From the NCBI RefSeq assembly GCF_003790525.1, contig NZ_CP033635.1: a stretch of 64,000 nt of DNA. One strand, written 5' to 3'. Under the pieces are notes generated by a model. That model did no database searches, was not told the origin of the DNA, and was given only the letters and a program-made list of their open reading frames with translations. A program made the position numbers and the translations under genes. Positions within the stretch are counted from its first letter, which is position 1; each line of letters starts with the position of its first letter. This document shows, in pieces, positions 1 through 9,315 of the stretch. The stretch comes from Escherichia coli. Its GTDB lineage: Bacteria; Pseudomonadota; Gammaproteobacteria; Enterobacterales; Enterobacteriaceae.

Positions 1-99
1 TAACGAAGAGGTTTGAAGCTCCCGACAAATCCACGTCGCACAACCTAAATATTCAAAAAAATGAATATTTAATTCAAGGAACAGAAACGAGGCAACAAG

Positions 100-1263
100 A
101 TGTTTGTAGAAGCATTGAAACGCCAGAACCCGGCGCTAATTTCCGCCGCACTAAGTTTGTGGCAAAAGGGCAAGATCGCCCCGGACAGCTGGGTGATCGA
201 CGTGGATCAGATACTGGAAAACGGTAAGCGGCTGATTGAGACGGCGCGGCTTTACGGCATTGAACTGTATCTGATGACCAAGCAGTTTGGTCGTAATCCG
301 TGGCTGGCGGAAAAATTGCTGGCATTAGGCTACAGCGGCATTGTGGCGGTGGATTACAAAGAGGCGCGAGTCATGCGCCGCGCTGGTTTGCCGGTGGCGC
401 ATCAGGGGCATCTGGTACAAATCCCTTGTCATCTGGTTTCTGACGCCGTTGAACAGGGAACTGATGTCATCACCGTGTTTACTCTCGACAAAGCGCGGGA
501 AGTTTCTGCGGCAGCGTTGAAGACCGGACGTGTGCAGTCTGTGCTACTCAAAGTTTATAGCGACGATGATTTTCTTTATCCGGGCCAGGAGAGCGGTTTT
601 GCCCTCCAGGTGTTGCCGGAGATTGTCGCCGAAATCCAGAATCTGCCGGGGTTACATTTGGCGGGACTTACCCATTTCCCTTGCCTGCTTTGGGATGAAG
701 CTGTCGGGAAAGTTTTGCCGACACCGAATCTTCACACGCTGGTACAAGCACGGGATCAACTGGCGAAATCTGGTATTGCGATTGAGCAACTGAACGCGCC
801 TTCAGCGACCAGCTGCACTTCGCTGCCATTGCTGGCGGAATACGGTGTGACTCATGCCGAACCCGGTCATGCGCTGACGGGCACTATTCCGGCAAACCAG
901 CAGGGCGATCAGCCTGAACGTATCGCGATGCTCTGGTTAAGTGAAATCTCCCATCATTTCCGTGGCGACAGCTACTGCTACGGCGGCGGTTACTACCGTC
1001 GTGGTCACGCGCAACATGCGCTGGTGTTTACGCCAGAAAATCAAAAGATTACTGAAACCAATCTCAAAACTGTGGATGACAGCAGTATCGACTACACCCT
1101 GCCGCTGGCAGGCGAGTTTCCGGTAAGCAGTGCAGTAGTGCTCTGTTTTCGCACGCAGATTTTTGTCACCCGTAGCGATGTGGTGTTGCTGTCCGGTATT
1201 CACCGTGGCGAACCGGAAATCGTCGGTCGTTATGACAGTCTTGGAAACTCTCTGGGGGCGTAA
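100..1263 (+). CDS. yhfX: YhfX, alanine-racemase-fold (PLP-dependent) family protein
   Basis: 387-aa ORF recognised as E. coli YhfX; first gene of the yhfX-yhfS cluster; stop overlaps next start. Confidence 0.85.
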   Translation: MFVEALKRQNPALISAALSLWQKGKIAPDSWVIDVDQILENGKRLIETARLYGIELYLMTKQFGRNPWLAEKLLALGYSGIVAVDYKEARVMRRAGLPVAHQGHLVQIPCHLVSDAVEQGTDVITVFTLDKAREVSAAALKTGRVQSVLLKVYSDDDFLYPGQESGFALQVLPEIVAEIQNLPGLHLAGLTHFPCLLWDEAVGKVLPTPNLHTLVQARDQLAKSGIAIEQLNAPSATSCTSLPLLAEYGVTHAEPGHALTGTIPANQQGDQPERIAMLWLSEISHHFRGDSYCYGGGYYRRGHAQHALVFTPENQKITETNLKTVDDSSIDYTLPLAGEFPVSSAVVLCFRTQIFVTRSDVVLLSGIHRGEPEIVGRYDSLGNSLGA

Positions 1264-2489
1264 TGGCGCGATTTGTGGTGTTAGTGATTGATAGCTTTGG
1301 CGTAGGCGCAATGAAAGATGTCACGCTGGTGCGTCCACAGGATGCCGGGGCGAATACTTGTGGTCACATCCTGAGCCAGCTGCCGCATTTGCAGCTACCA
1401 ACGCTGGAGAAGTTGGGGCTAATCAACGCATTGGGTTATGCGCCAGGTGATATGCAGCCGTCAGACTCCGCAACCTGGGGTGTGGCAGAGCTGCAACATG
1501 AAGGTGGCGATACCTTTATGGGGCATCAGGAAATTTTAGGCACGCGCCCGTTACCACCGCTGCGGATGCCTTTTCGCGATGTGATTGACCGTGTTGAGCA
1601 GGCATTAGTTTCCGCCGCTTGGCAGGTGGAGCGCCGTGGCGAAGAGTTGCAATTTCTGTGGGTCAATCAGGCGGTTGCGATTGGCGATAATCTCGAGGCG
1701 GATTTAGGCCAGGTCTATAACATCACCGCCAATCTCTCTGTGGTCTCTTTTGACGACGCAATCAAAATTGGTCGTATCGTGCGTGAGCAGGTACCGGTCG
1801 GGCGGGTCATTACATTTGGCGGCCTGTTAACCGACAGTCAACGCATTCTCGATGCCGCAGAAAGCAAAGAAGGGCGCTTTATTGGCATCAACGCGCCGCG
1901 TTCTGGCGCTTATGACAACGGTTTCCAGGTCGTGCATATGGGCTATGGCGTCGATGAAAAAGTGCAGGTACCACAAAAACTGTATGAAGCAGGCGTGCCA
2001 ACCGTGCTGGTGGGTAAGGTGGCAGATATCGTCAACAATCCTTATGGCGTGAGCTGGCAAAACCTGGTGGATAGCCAGCGGATTATGGATATCACCCTCG
2101 ACGAATTTATCACCCATCAGACAGCGTTTATTTGCACCAACATTCAGGAAACCGACCTCGCTGGTCACGCAGAAGACGTCGCACGTTATGCTGAACGTTT
2201 GCAGGTCGTTGACCGTAATCTTGCTCTCCTGGTTGAGACGATGCAGCCAGATGATTGCCTGGTCGTGATGGCGGATCACGGTAACGATCCGACAATCGGT
2301 CACAGCCACCATACCCGCGAAGTCGTGCCGGTGCTGGTTTATCAGCAAGGCCTGGCTGCCACGCAGCTTGGTGTTCGCACCACGCTCTCCGATGTGGGCG
2401 CTACCGTGTGTGAATTCTTCCGTGCGCCACCGCCACAAAATGGTCGCTCTTTTCTTTCCTCCCTCCGGTTTGCAGGAGACACCCTATGA
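1263..2489 (+). CDS. yhfW: YhfW, phosphopentomutase-like metalloenzyme
   Basis: 408-aa ORF; start overlaps yhfX stop (TAATG), stop overlaps php start. Confidence 0.85.
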   Translation: MARFVVLVIDSFGVGAMKDVTLVRPQDAGANTCGHILSQLPHLQLPTLEKLGLINALGYAPGDMQPSDSATWGVAELQHEGGDTFMGHQEILGTRPLPPLRMPFRDVIDRVEQALVSAAWQVERRGEELQFLWVNQAVAIGDNLEADLGQVYNITANLSVVSFDDAIKIGRIVREQVPVGRVITFGGLLTDSQRILDAAESKEGRFIGINAPRSGAYDNGFQVVHMGYGVDEKVQVPQKLYEAGVPTVLVGKVADIVNNPYGVSWQNLVDSQRIMDITLDEFITHQTAFICTNIQETDLAGHAEDVARYAERLQVVDRNLALLVETMQPDDCLVVMADHGNDPTIGHSHHTREVVPVLVYQQGLAATQLGVRTTLSDVGATVCEFFRAPPPQNGRSFLSSLRFAGDTL

Positions 2490-3364
2490 GTTTTGATCCG
2501 ACGGGTTACACCCTGGCCCATGAGCATCTGCATATTGATCTTTCCGGCTTTAAAAACAACGTGGACTGCCGCCTTGATCAGTATGCGTTCATTTGCCAGG
2601 AGATGAACGACCTGATGGCCCGGGGCGTGCGTAATGTGATTGAAATGACCAACCGTTACATGGGGCGCAATGCGCAATTTATGCTCGATGTAATGCGTGA
2701 AACCGGGATCAACGTGGTGGCCTGTACCGGTTATTACCAGGACGCGTTTTTCCCGGAACATGTGGCGACCCGCAGCGTGCAGGAACTGGCGCAGGAGATG
2801 GTCGATGAAATTGAGCAGGGTATCGATGGCACTGACCTGAAAGCCGGAATTATCGCGGAGATCGGCTCCAGCGAAGGGAAGATTACGTCGCTAGAAGAGA
2901 AGGTGTTTATTGCCGCCGCGCTGGCGCATAACCAGACCGGACGCCCGATCTCCACGCATACGTCGTTCAGCACGATGGGGCTGGAGCAACTGGCTCTGTT
3001 GCAAGCCCACGGAGTTGATCTTTCGCGCGTCACCGTCGGCCACTGCGATCTGAAAGACAATCTCGACAACATTTTGAAGATGATCGATCTCGGCGCGTAT
3101 GTGCAGTTCGACACCATCGGCAAGAACAGTTACTACCCGGACGAAAAGCGGATTGCGATGCTCCATGCGCTACGTGACCGTGGGTTGCTGAACCGCGTCA
3201 TGCTGTCGATGGATATTACGCGGCGCTCTCATTTAAAAGCCAACGGTGGTTATGGCTATGACTTTTTATTGACCACCTTTATTCCGCAATTGCGCCAGTC
3301 AGGATTCAGTCAGGCCGATGTGGATGTGATGTTACGTGAAAATCCCTCTCAATTTTTCCAATAA
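2486..3364 (+). CDS. php: Php, phosphotriesterase homology protein (amidohydrolase fold)
   Basis: 292-aa ORF with N-terminal HEHLH metal-ligand motif; start overlaps yhfW stop (ATGA). Confidence 0.9.
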   Translation: MSFDPTGYTLAHEHLHIDLSGFKNNVDCRLDQYAFICQEMNDLMARGVRNVIEMTNRYMGRNAQFMLDVMRETGINVVACTGYYQDAFFPEHVATRSVQELAQEMVDEIEQGIDGTDLKAGIIAEIGSSEGKITSLEEKVFIAAALAHNQTGRPISTHTSFSTMGLEQLALLQAHGVDLSRVTVGHCDLKDNLDNILKMIDLGAYVQFDTIGKNSYYPDEKRIAMLHALRDRGLLNRVMLSMDITRRSHLKANGGYGYDFLLTTFIPQLRQSGFSQADVDVMLRENPSQFFQ

Positions 3365-3374
3365 GGACAGACTC

Positions 3375-3728
3375 ATGAAAAAGATTGGTGTTGCAGGCTT
3401 ACAGCGTGAGCAGATTAAAAAAACCATTGAAGCGACGGCTCCTGGCTGTTTTGAAGTTTTCATTCATAACGACATGGAAGCGGCGATGAAAGTGAAATCC
3501 GGGCAACTGGATTACTACATCGGCGCGTGTAATACCGGTGCGGGCGCGGCATTGTCGATTGCCATCGCGGTGATTGGCTATAACAAAAGTTGCACCATTG
3601 CCAAACCAGGCATTAAAGCGAAAGACGAGCATATCGCCAAAATGATCGCTGAAGGAAAAGTGGCGTTTGGCCTTTCCGTTGAGCACGTCGAACACGCGAT
3701 TCCGATGCTGATTAACCATCTGAAATAA
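3375..3728 (+). CDS. yhfU: YhfU, small protein of unknown function
   Basis: 117 aa from the ATG at 3375 (MKKIGVAG...) with GGA-rich RBS; the ORF-track start at 3336 is an upstream extension. Confidence 0.8.
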   Translation: MKKIGVAGLQREQIKKTIEATAPGCFEVFIHNDMEAAMKVKSGQLDYYIGACNTGAGAALSIAIAVIGYNKSCTIAKPGIKAKDEHIAKMIAEGKVAFGLSVEHVEHAIPMLINHLK

Positions 3729-3739
3729 AAGGCACGACT

Positions 3740-5044
3740 ATGGATCTGTATATTCAGATTATCGTGGTGGCGTGCCTGACGGGTATGACATCGCTTCTGG
3801 CGCATCGCTCGGCAGCCGTTTTTCATGACGGTATCCGCCCGATCCTGCCGCAACTGATTGAAGGCTATATGAACCGTCGCGAGGCGGGGAGTATCGCTTT
3901 TGGTCTGAGCATTGGTTTTGTGGCCTCGGTGGGGATCTCTTTTACCCTGAAAACCGGGCTGCTCAACGCATGGTTACTCTTTCTTCCTACCGATATCCTC
4001 GGCGTACTGGCGATAAACAGCCTGATGGCGTTTGGTCTTGGCGCTATCTGGGGCGTGTTGATCCTTACTTGCCTGTTGCCGGTAAACCAGCTGCTGACCG
4101 CGCTACCGGTGGATGTATTAGGTAGCCTCGGGGAATTAAGCTCGCCGGTGGTTTCAGCTTTTGCACTCTTCCCGCTGGTGGCGATTTTCTACCAGTTTGG
4201 CTGGAAGCAAAGTCTGATCGCCGCCGTGGTGGTACTGATGACCCGCGTGGTCGTCGTGCGCTATTTCCCACATCTTAACCCTGAATCCATCGAAATCTTT
4301 ATTGGTATGGTGATGCTGCTGGGGATCGCGATAACTCACGACCTGCGTCATCGTGATGAAAATGACATTGATGCCAGCGGGCTTTCGGTGTTTGAAGAAC
4401 GCACGTCACGGATTATCAAAAACTTACCGTATATCGCCATCGTGGGAGCATTGATTGCCGCCGTTGCCAGCATGAAGATTTTCGCCGGTAGTGAAGTGTC
4501 GATCTTCACTCTGGAGAAAGCGTACTCCGCAGGCGTAACGCCGGAACAATCGCAAACACTAATCAACCAGGCAGCTCTGGCGGAATTTATGCGCGGGCTG
4601 GGTTTTGTGCCGATGATTGCCACCACCGCGCTAGCCACCGGCGTGTATGCAGTTGCGGGCTTTACCTTTGTTTATGCGGTGGGCTATCTCTCGCCGAATC
4701 CGATGGTTGCAGCGGTATTAGGCGCAGTGGTTATTTCGGCGGAAGTCCTGCTGCTTCGTTCGATCGGCAAATGGCTGGGGCGCTACCCGTCGGTGCGTAA
4801 TGCGTCGGATAACATCCGTAACGCCATGAATATGCTGATGGAAGTGGCGTTGCTGGTCGGTTCGATCTTTGCAGCAATCAAAATGGCGGGCTATACCGGA
4901 TTCTCTATCGCAGTTGCCATTTACTTCCTCAACGAATCCCTGGGCCGTCCGGTACAGAAAATGGCGGCACCGGTCGTGGCAGTAATGATCACCGGTATTC
5001 TGCTGAATGTTCTTTACTGGCTTGGCCTGTTCGTTCCGGCTTAA
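3740..5044 (+). CDS. yhfT: YhfT, polytopic inner-membrane protein (putative transporter)
   Basis: 434-aa ORF, highly hydrophobic with many predicted TM segments. Confidence 0.85.
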   Translation: MDLYIQIIVVACLTGMTSLLAHRSAAVFHDGIRPILPQLIEGYMNRREAGSIAFGLSIGFVASVGISFTLKTGLLNAWLLFLPTDILGVLAINSLMAFGLGAIWGVLILTCLLPVNQLLTALPVDVLGSLGELSSPVVSAFALFPLVAIFYQFGWKQSLIAAVVVLMTRVVVVRYFPHLNPESIEIFIGMVMLLGIAITHDLRHRDENDIDASGLSVFEERTSRIIKNLPYIAIVGALIAAVASMKIFAGSEVSIFTLEKAYSAGVTPEQSQTLINQAALAEFMRGLGFVPMIATTALATGVYAVAGFTFVYAVGYLSPNPMVAAVLGAVVISAEVLLLRSIGKWLGRYPSVRNASDNIRNAMNMLMEVALLVGSIFAAIKMAGYTGFSIAVAIYFLNESLGRPVQKMAAPVVAVMITGILLNVLYWLGLFVPA

Positions 5045-5055
5045 GGAAGGCACCT

Positions 5056-6141
5056 ATGAAGACGTTTCCTCTGCAAAGCCTGACGCTTATTGAGGCGCAG
5101 CAAAAGCAGTTTGCGCTGGTGGATAGCATTTGTCGCCATTTTCCCGGCAGCGAGTTTCTTGCTGGCGGTGATTTAGGCTTAACGCCGGGGCTGAATCAAC
5201 CGCGCATTACCCAGCGAGTGGAACAGGTGCTGGCTGATGCATTTCACGCACAGGCTGCAGCGCTGGTACAGGGCGCGGGTACTGGCGCGATCCGTGCGGC
5301 GTTGGCGGCTTTGCTCAAACCGGGGCAGCGTCTTCTGGTGCATGACGCGCCTGTTTACCCGACGACTCAGGTCATTATTGAGCAGATGGGGCTGACGCTT
5401 ATTACTGCTAATTTCAATGACCTGTCGGCACTTAAGCAGGTCGTCGACGAGCAACAACCGGATGCGGCGCTGGTGCAGCATACGCGCCAGCAGCCGCAGG
5501 ACGGCTACATTCTGGCAGATGTGCTGGCAACGTTGCGCTCGGCAGGTGTTCCAGCCTTAACCGATGATAACTATGCGGTGATGAAGGTGGCGCGCATTGG
5601 CTGTGAATGCGGGGCGAATGTCTCGACATTTTCCTGCTTCAAGCTATTTGGGCCAGAGGGTGTTGGCGCGGTGGTAGGCGATGCCGATGTTATTAGCCGG
5701 ATTCGCGCCACGCTCTATTCCGGCGGCAGCCAGGTTCAGGGCGCGCAGGCGCTGGAAGTCTTGCGTGGTCTGGTGCTCGCGCCAGTGATGCACGCGGTGC
5801 AGGCGGGGGTATCTGAACGGTTGCTGGCTTTGCTTAACGGCGGCGCGGTGGCGGAAGTGAAAAGCGCCGTCATTGCCAATGCACAGTCGAAGGTATTGAT
5901 TGTGGAGTTTCATCAGCCGATTGCCGCCAGAGTGCTGGAAGAGGCGCAGAAACTCGGTGCCTTGCCTTACCCGGTTGGTGCAGAGTCGAAATATGAAATC
6001 CCGCCGCTCTTTTATCGACTTTCCGGAACGTTTCGCCAGGCGAATCCGCAGTTAGAACATTGCGCGATTCGCATTAACCCAAATCGCAGCGGTGAAGAGA
6101 CGGTATTGCGGATTTTGCGCGAGAGTATTGCCGACGTTTAA
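5056..6141 (+). CDS. yhfS: YhfS, PLP-dependent transferase-like protein
   Basis: 361-aa ORF, last gene of the cluster. Confidence 0.85.
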   Translation: MKTFPLQSLTLIEAQQKQFALVDSICRHFPGSEFLAGGDLGLTPGLNQPRITQRVEQVLADAFHAQAAALVQGAGTGAIRAALAALLKPGQRLLVHDAPVYPTTQVIIEQMGLTLITANFNDLSALKQVVDEQQPDAALVQHTRQQPQDGYILADVLATLRSAGVPALTDDNYAVMKVARIGCECGANVSTFSCFKLFGPEGVGAVVGDADVISRIRATLYSGGSQVQGAQALEVLRGLVLAPVMHAVQAGVSERLLALLNGGAVAEVKSAVIANAQSKVLIVEFHQPIAARVLEEAQKLGALPYPVGAESKYEIPPLFYRLSGTFRQANPQLEHCAIRINPNRSGEETVLRILRESIADV

Positions 6142-6182
6142 TTCTGGGAACGATGTTTTTCGAAGAGTATGGAGAAAAAATA

Positions 6183-6206
6183 CGCCCTCGGAAAATCTCG
6201 AGGGCG
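6183..6206 (-). terminator. Stem-loop (CGCCCTCG-N8-CGAGGGCG) with T-tract on the minus strand; probable yhfL terminator
   Basis: Perfect 8-bp inverted repeat flanked by an A-run on the plus strand; lies in the short yhfS-yhfL spacer. Confidence 0.5.
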
Positions 6207-6247
6207 TCAGGCAATTAAATCAGCATCTGCCAATTTCTGTCAGAGAC

Positions 6248-6415
6248 TTACTGTGCAGTAGGACCGCAACCGCCAATGATTTTAGAAATAGAAATAGCTG
6301 GGTGCAGCAGGTAGTCGTAAGAGCAGTTCTTATCACGGTTTTCAATATGACCAGTACATGCAGTTAACGTAGCCAGTACCGCACCTACCAGTGCAACTTT
6401 AATAAATTTGTTCAT
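6248..6415 (-). CDS. yhfL: YhfL, small lipoprotein (55 aa)
   Basis: Minus-strand ORF MNKFIKVALVGAVLATLTACTGH... with lipobox LTAC; below the ORF-track size cutoff. Confidence 0.75.
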   Translation of the reverse strand: MNKFIKVALVGAVLATLTACTGHIENRDKNCSYDYLLHPAISISKIIGGCGPTAQ

Positions 6416-6631
6416 TTACATTCCCTATGTATTATATATTGATTAATATTCATTGATTATATGAATATAAGCAGACTGCTCATTAAGAATGATACAGGAA
6501 TATTTAATTGGCGTCAGTGAACGAATGACTTAATTTTGTAAGTCGCTGTAACGGTGAATATAACCCATTAGCAGATAATATTTATTAAGGGGGGTATTTT
6601 TATCTGCTGAATATATAAAGAGAGTTGTAAA

Positions 6632-6656
6632 CGAAAAAGGCCAGAATTCTCTGGCC
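6632..6656 (-). terminator. Intrinsic terminator downstream of cysG
   Basis: Hairpin GGCCAGAGAATTCTGGCC followed by T-tract on the minus strand, 10 nt after the cysG stop. Confidence 0.6.
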
Positions 6657-6665
6657 CTGGTTAAA

Positions 6666-8039
6666 TTAATGGTTAGAGAACCAGTTCAATTTATCGCGCA
6701 GGCCAACAACCCGACCAATAATAATTAGCGATGGACTGTTCATTTGCTGCGCCAGTTCGCCCAGCTGCGTGAGCGTACCGTCAATCACGCGCTGCGTGAC
6801 TGCCGTTCCGTTTTCGACAATTGCCACCGGCATTTCGCCAGGCATACCGTGTTCAATCAGCTTTTGCTGAATAGTCGCGGCCTGATTCAACCCCATATAG
6901 AACACCAGCGTCTGTTTTTCTGCCGCCAGGTTTTCCCAGTCCAGTTCGCCACCGGTTTTTAAGTGTCCGGTAATTAAGCGTACGCTCTGGGCATAATCGC
7001 GATGCGTGAGCGGAATACCCGAATAGGCAGAGCAACCAGAAGCTGCGGTAATACCCGGAACCACCGAGAACGGAATGCCTGCATTGCACAGTGTTTCCAG
7101 CTCTTCGCCACCACGGCCAAAAATAAACGGATCGCCGCCTTTCAGTCGCACCACGCGTTTGCCTTTTTGCGCTTCCCGCAGCAGGATCTGGTTAATCTCT
7201 TCCTGCGGTACGCAGTGGTATCCCGCGCGTTTGCCGACGAAAACGCGATCAGCATCGCGGCGTACCAGATTCATAATATCGTCAGAAACCAGACGGTCGT
7301 AGACCACCACATCTGCCTGCTGAATTTGTTGCAGTCCTTTCAGTGTCAGCAGCCCGGCATCGCCCGGACCTGCGCCAACCAGCACCACTTCACCGCGATG
7401 GTCGAGCGGTTCGTTGATTAATTGTTCGGTCGTTTCAGTAATGGCTTTCTGATCGTTGTTTGCCAGCGACTGCGCCAGACGGTCATTAACGAACAGTTTT
7501 TCCCAGAAACGGCGACGTTCACCCATTGTGGCGAACTGTTGTTTCACTCGACCGCGTAATTGCCCGGCGTATTTCGCTACCTGGCCCAGATGCAACGGCA
7601 GCAGTGATTCAAGTTTTTCACGCAACAGGCGTGCCAGAACCGGAGAGGTGCCGCCAGAGGAGACCGCGACCATGAGCGGTGAGCGGTCAATAATTGACGG
7701 CATAATAAAGCTGGCGGCTTTCGGCGCATCGACCACGTTACAGAAGATGCGACGAGCTTCAGCGGCTTCACTGACGCGCTGGTTAAGCGCGTCATCATCT
7801 GTCGCTGCAATCGCCAGCCAGCAGGTGTCGAGAAGGCTTTCATCAAATGGCCCTTCGACGAGGGTTAACATGCCTGCATCTGCCCATGCGGTGAACTGTG
7901 GAATAAACGCTAATGCATTCACCGTTAAGCGAGCGCCTGCGTCTAACAGCAACCTTGCTTTGCGTTCCGCGACATCACCACCGCCGACAATCAGACAGTC
8001 GCGATCGCGTAATTGGCAAAATATAGGCAAATGATCCAC
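6666..8039 (-). CDS. cysG: Siroheme synthase (uroporphyrinogen-III methyltransferase / precorrin-2 dehydrogenase / ferrochelatase)
   Basis: 457-aa [30 protein letters not shown]...; follows nirC as in the nirBDC-cysG operon. Confidence 0.95.
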
Positions 8040-8057
8040 GTAAAAACCCCTTAGTAA

Positions 8058-8864
8058 TTAACCGGCAGCTGTTTCAGTTTGATTAAATTTGTCCGCAACC
8101 GGACGATTCGCTTTCGGCGTAGCATACCAATAACCCAATCCCATGAATACGGCACCTGATAAAGTATTACCCAGCGTCACCCACAGCAGGTTATGACCAA
8201 TACCCGCCAGCGTGTAGGCTTCGCTGTGGTTGCCAAACCAGGAGAGGGCGAACAGCGTCATGTTCGCGATGGAGTGCTCGTAGCCGGACGCGATAAATGC
8301 CAGCAGACACCACCAGATAGCGATAAATTTCGCCGCCCCTTCAGTGCGCAGCGCCATCCAGATAGCCAGGCAAACCAGCCAGTTACACAATGCACCTTTG
8401 AAGAACAGTACCATTGCCGGTGCAGTGGTTTTAGCCAGCGCGACGGAGTGAACGATGCTGGTATCTACCGGCAGCAGGCTACCGCCGCCCCAGCTATAGA
8501 GCATGGCAACAAAGACGGAACCAACCAGGTTACCCAGCCAGGTTTGCGGCAGGATTGCCCACATTTGCCCGTGGCTGATAGTGCCCGCTTTCACTCCAAA
8601 GGTGAGGAACATGGTGTGTCCGGTGAACAGTTCAGAACCAGCAATAATGACCAGCGTTAAGGCGATACCAAAGGTCGCGCCCATCACCAGAGGACGTACG
8701 GACGGGTCGAGCAAATTACCGAGCGTGAAAATCAGGATGATCCCAAGACCCACATACGCCCCCGCCATTGCGGAGCTGACCCAGAAGCCGAGCGGGTTAT
8801 TTGCCGACAGGCGTGCAATGCGCGCAGCGTTAGCCGCACACTTATTAATAGTGTCTGTAAACAT
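8058..8864 (-). CDS. nirC: Nitrite transporter NirC (formate/nitrite transporter family)
   Basis: 268-aa hydrophobic ORF in nirBDC order. Confidence 0.95.
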   Translation of the reverse strand: MFTDTINKCAANAARIARLSANNPLGFWVSSAMAGAYVGLGIILIFTLGNLLDPSVRPLVMGATFGIALTLVIIAGSELFTGHTMFLTFGVKAGTISHGQMWAILPQTWLGNLVGSVFVAMLYSWGGGSLLPVDTSIVHSVALAKTTAPAMVLFFKGALCNWLVCLAIWMALRTEGAAKFIAIWWCLLAFIASGYEHSIANMTLFALSWFGNHSEAYTLAGIGHNLLWVTLGNTLSGAVFMGLGYWYATPKANRPVADKFNQTETAAG

Positions 8865-8988
8865 TTGATTATCCTTTAAAAAATAAAAACAAAAAATAAA
8901 ACAAAAAGTTTAAAAAATGTCCTGCAATATACCAAGGTTATTACAGGACCATGCAAAAAGGGGAGGCATTGTGCCTCCCGTTAAAACA

Positions 8989-9315
8989 TTAACCGCGTAG
9001 CTGCACCACGCCGTCTTTCACTCGCGCGTCGTAATGCTTGACGGAAAACTGTTCGTCTTCCATGCACAAGCCGTCGCTTAAGCGAAAACGCTGTTTTTTC
9101 AGCGGGCTGGCGACCCACAGCTCGCCCTGGTGTTCCGCAATCAGCCCGCGTGACAGCACGCTGGACTCGAAGAACGGGTCGATGTTGCTGATCGCAAACA
9201 CCTGGTCGCTGTGATACGGGCGGAAAATTGCTACCTGCTCGTCACCTAACAGCGCGCAGACGCCGGTTTCAGGCAGGATGTCATCGATTTTGCAGATGTC
9301 TTTCCACTGGCTCAT
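8989..9315 (-). CDS. nirD: Nitrite reductase small subunit NirD
   Basis: 108-aa ORF; start overlaps nirB stop. Confidence 0.95.
   Translation of the reverse strand: MSQWKDICKIDDILPETGVCALLGDEQVAIFRPYHSDQVFAISNIDPFFESSVLSRGLIAEHQGELWVASPLKKQRFRLSDGLCMEDEQFSVKHYDARVKDGVVQLRG

Noticed and set aside
941-1311. Overlapping small ORFs inside yhfX on both strands (941-1126 plus strand, 937-1311 minus strand)
   Set aside because: Both are nested within the yhfX coding region, have low-complexity translations and no RBS.
6416-6665. AT-rich 250-bp region between yhfL and cysG, considered as a possible small RNA or horizontally acquired scar
   Set aside because: It holds the yhfL promoter-like AT-rich sequence and the cysG terminator and nothing beyond that; there is no conserved structure I can support without comparative data.
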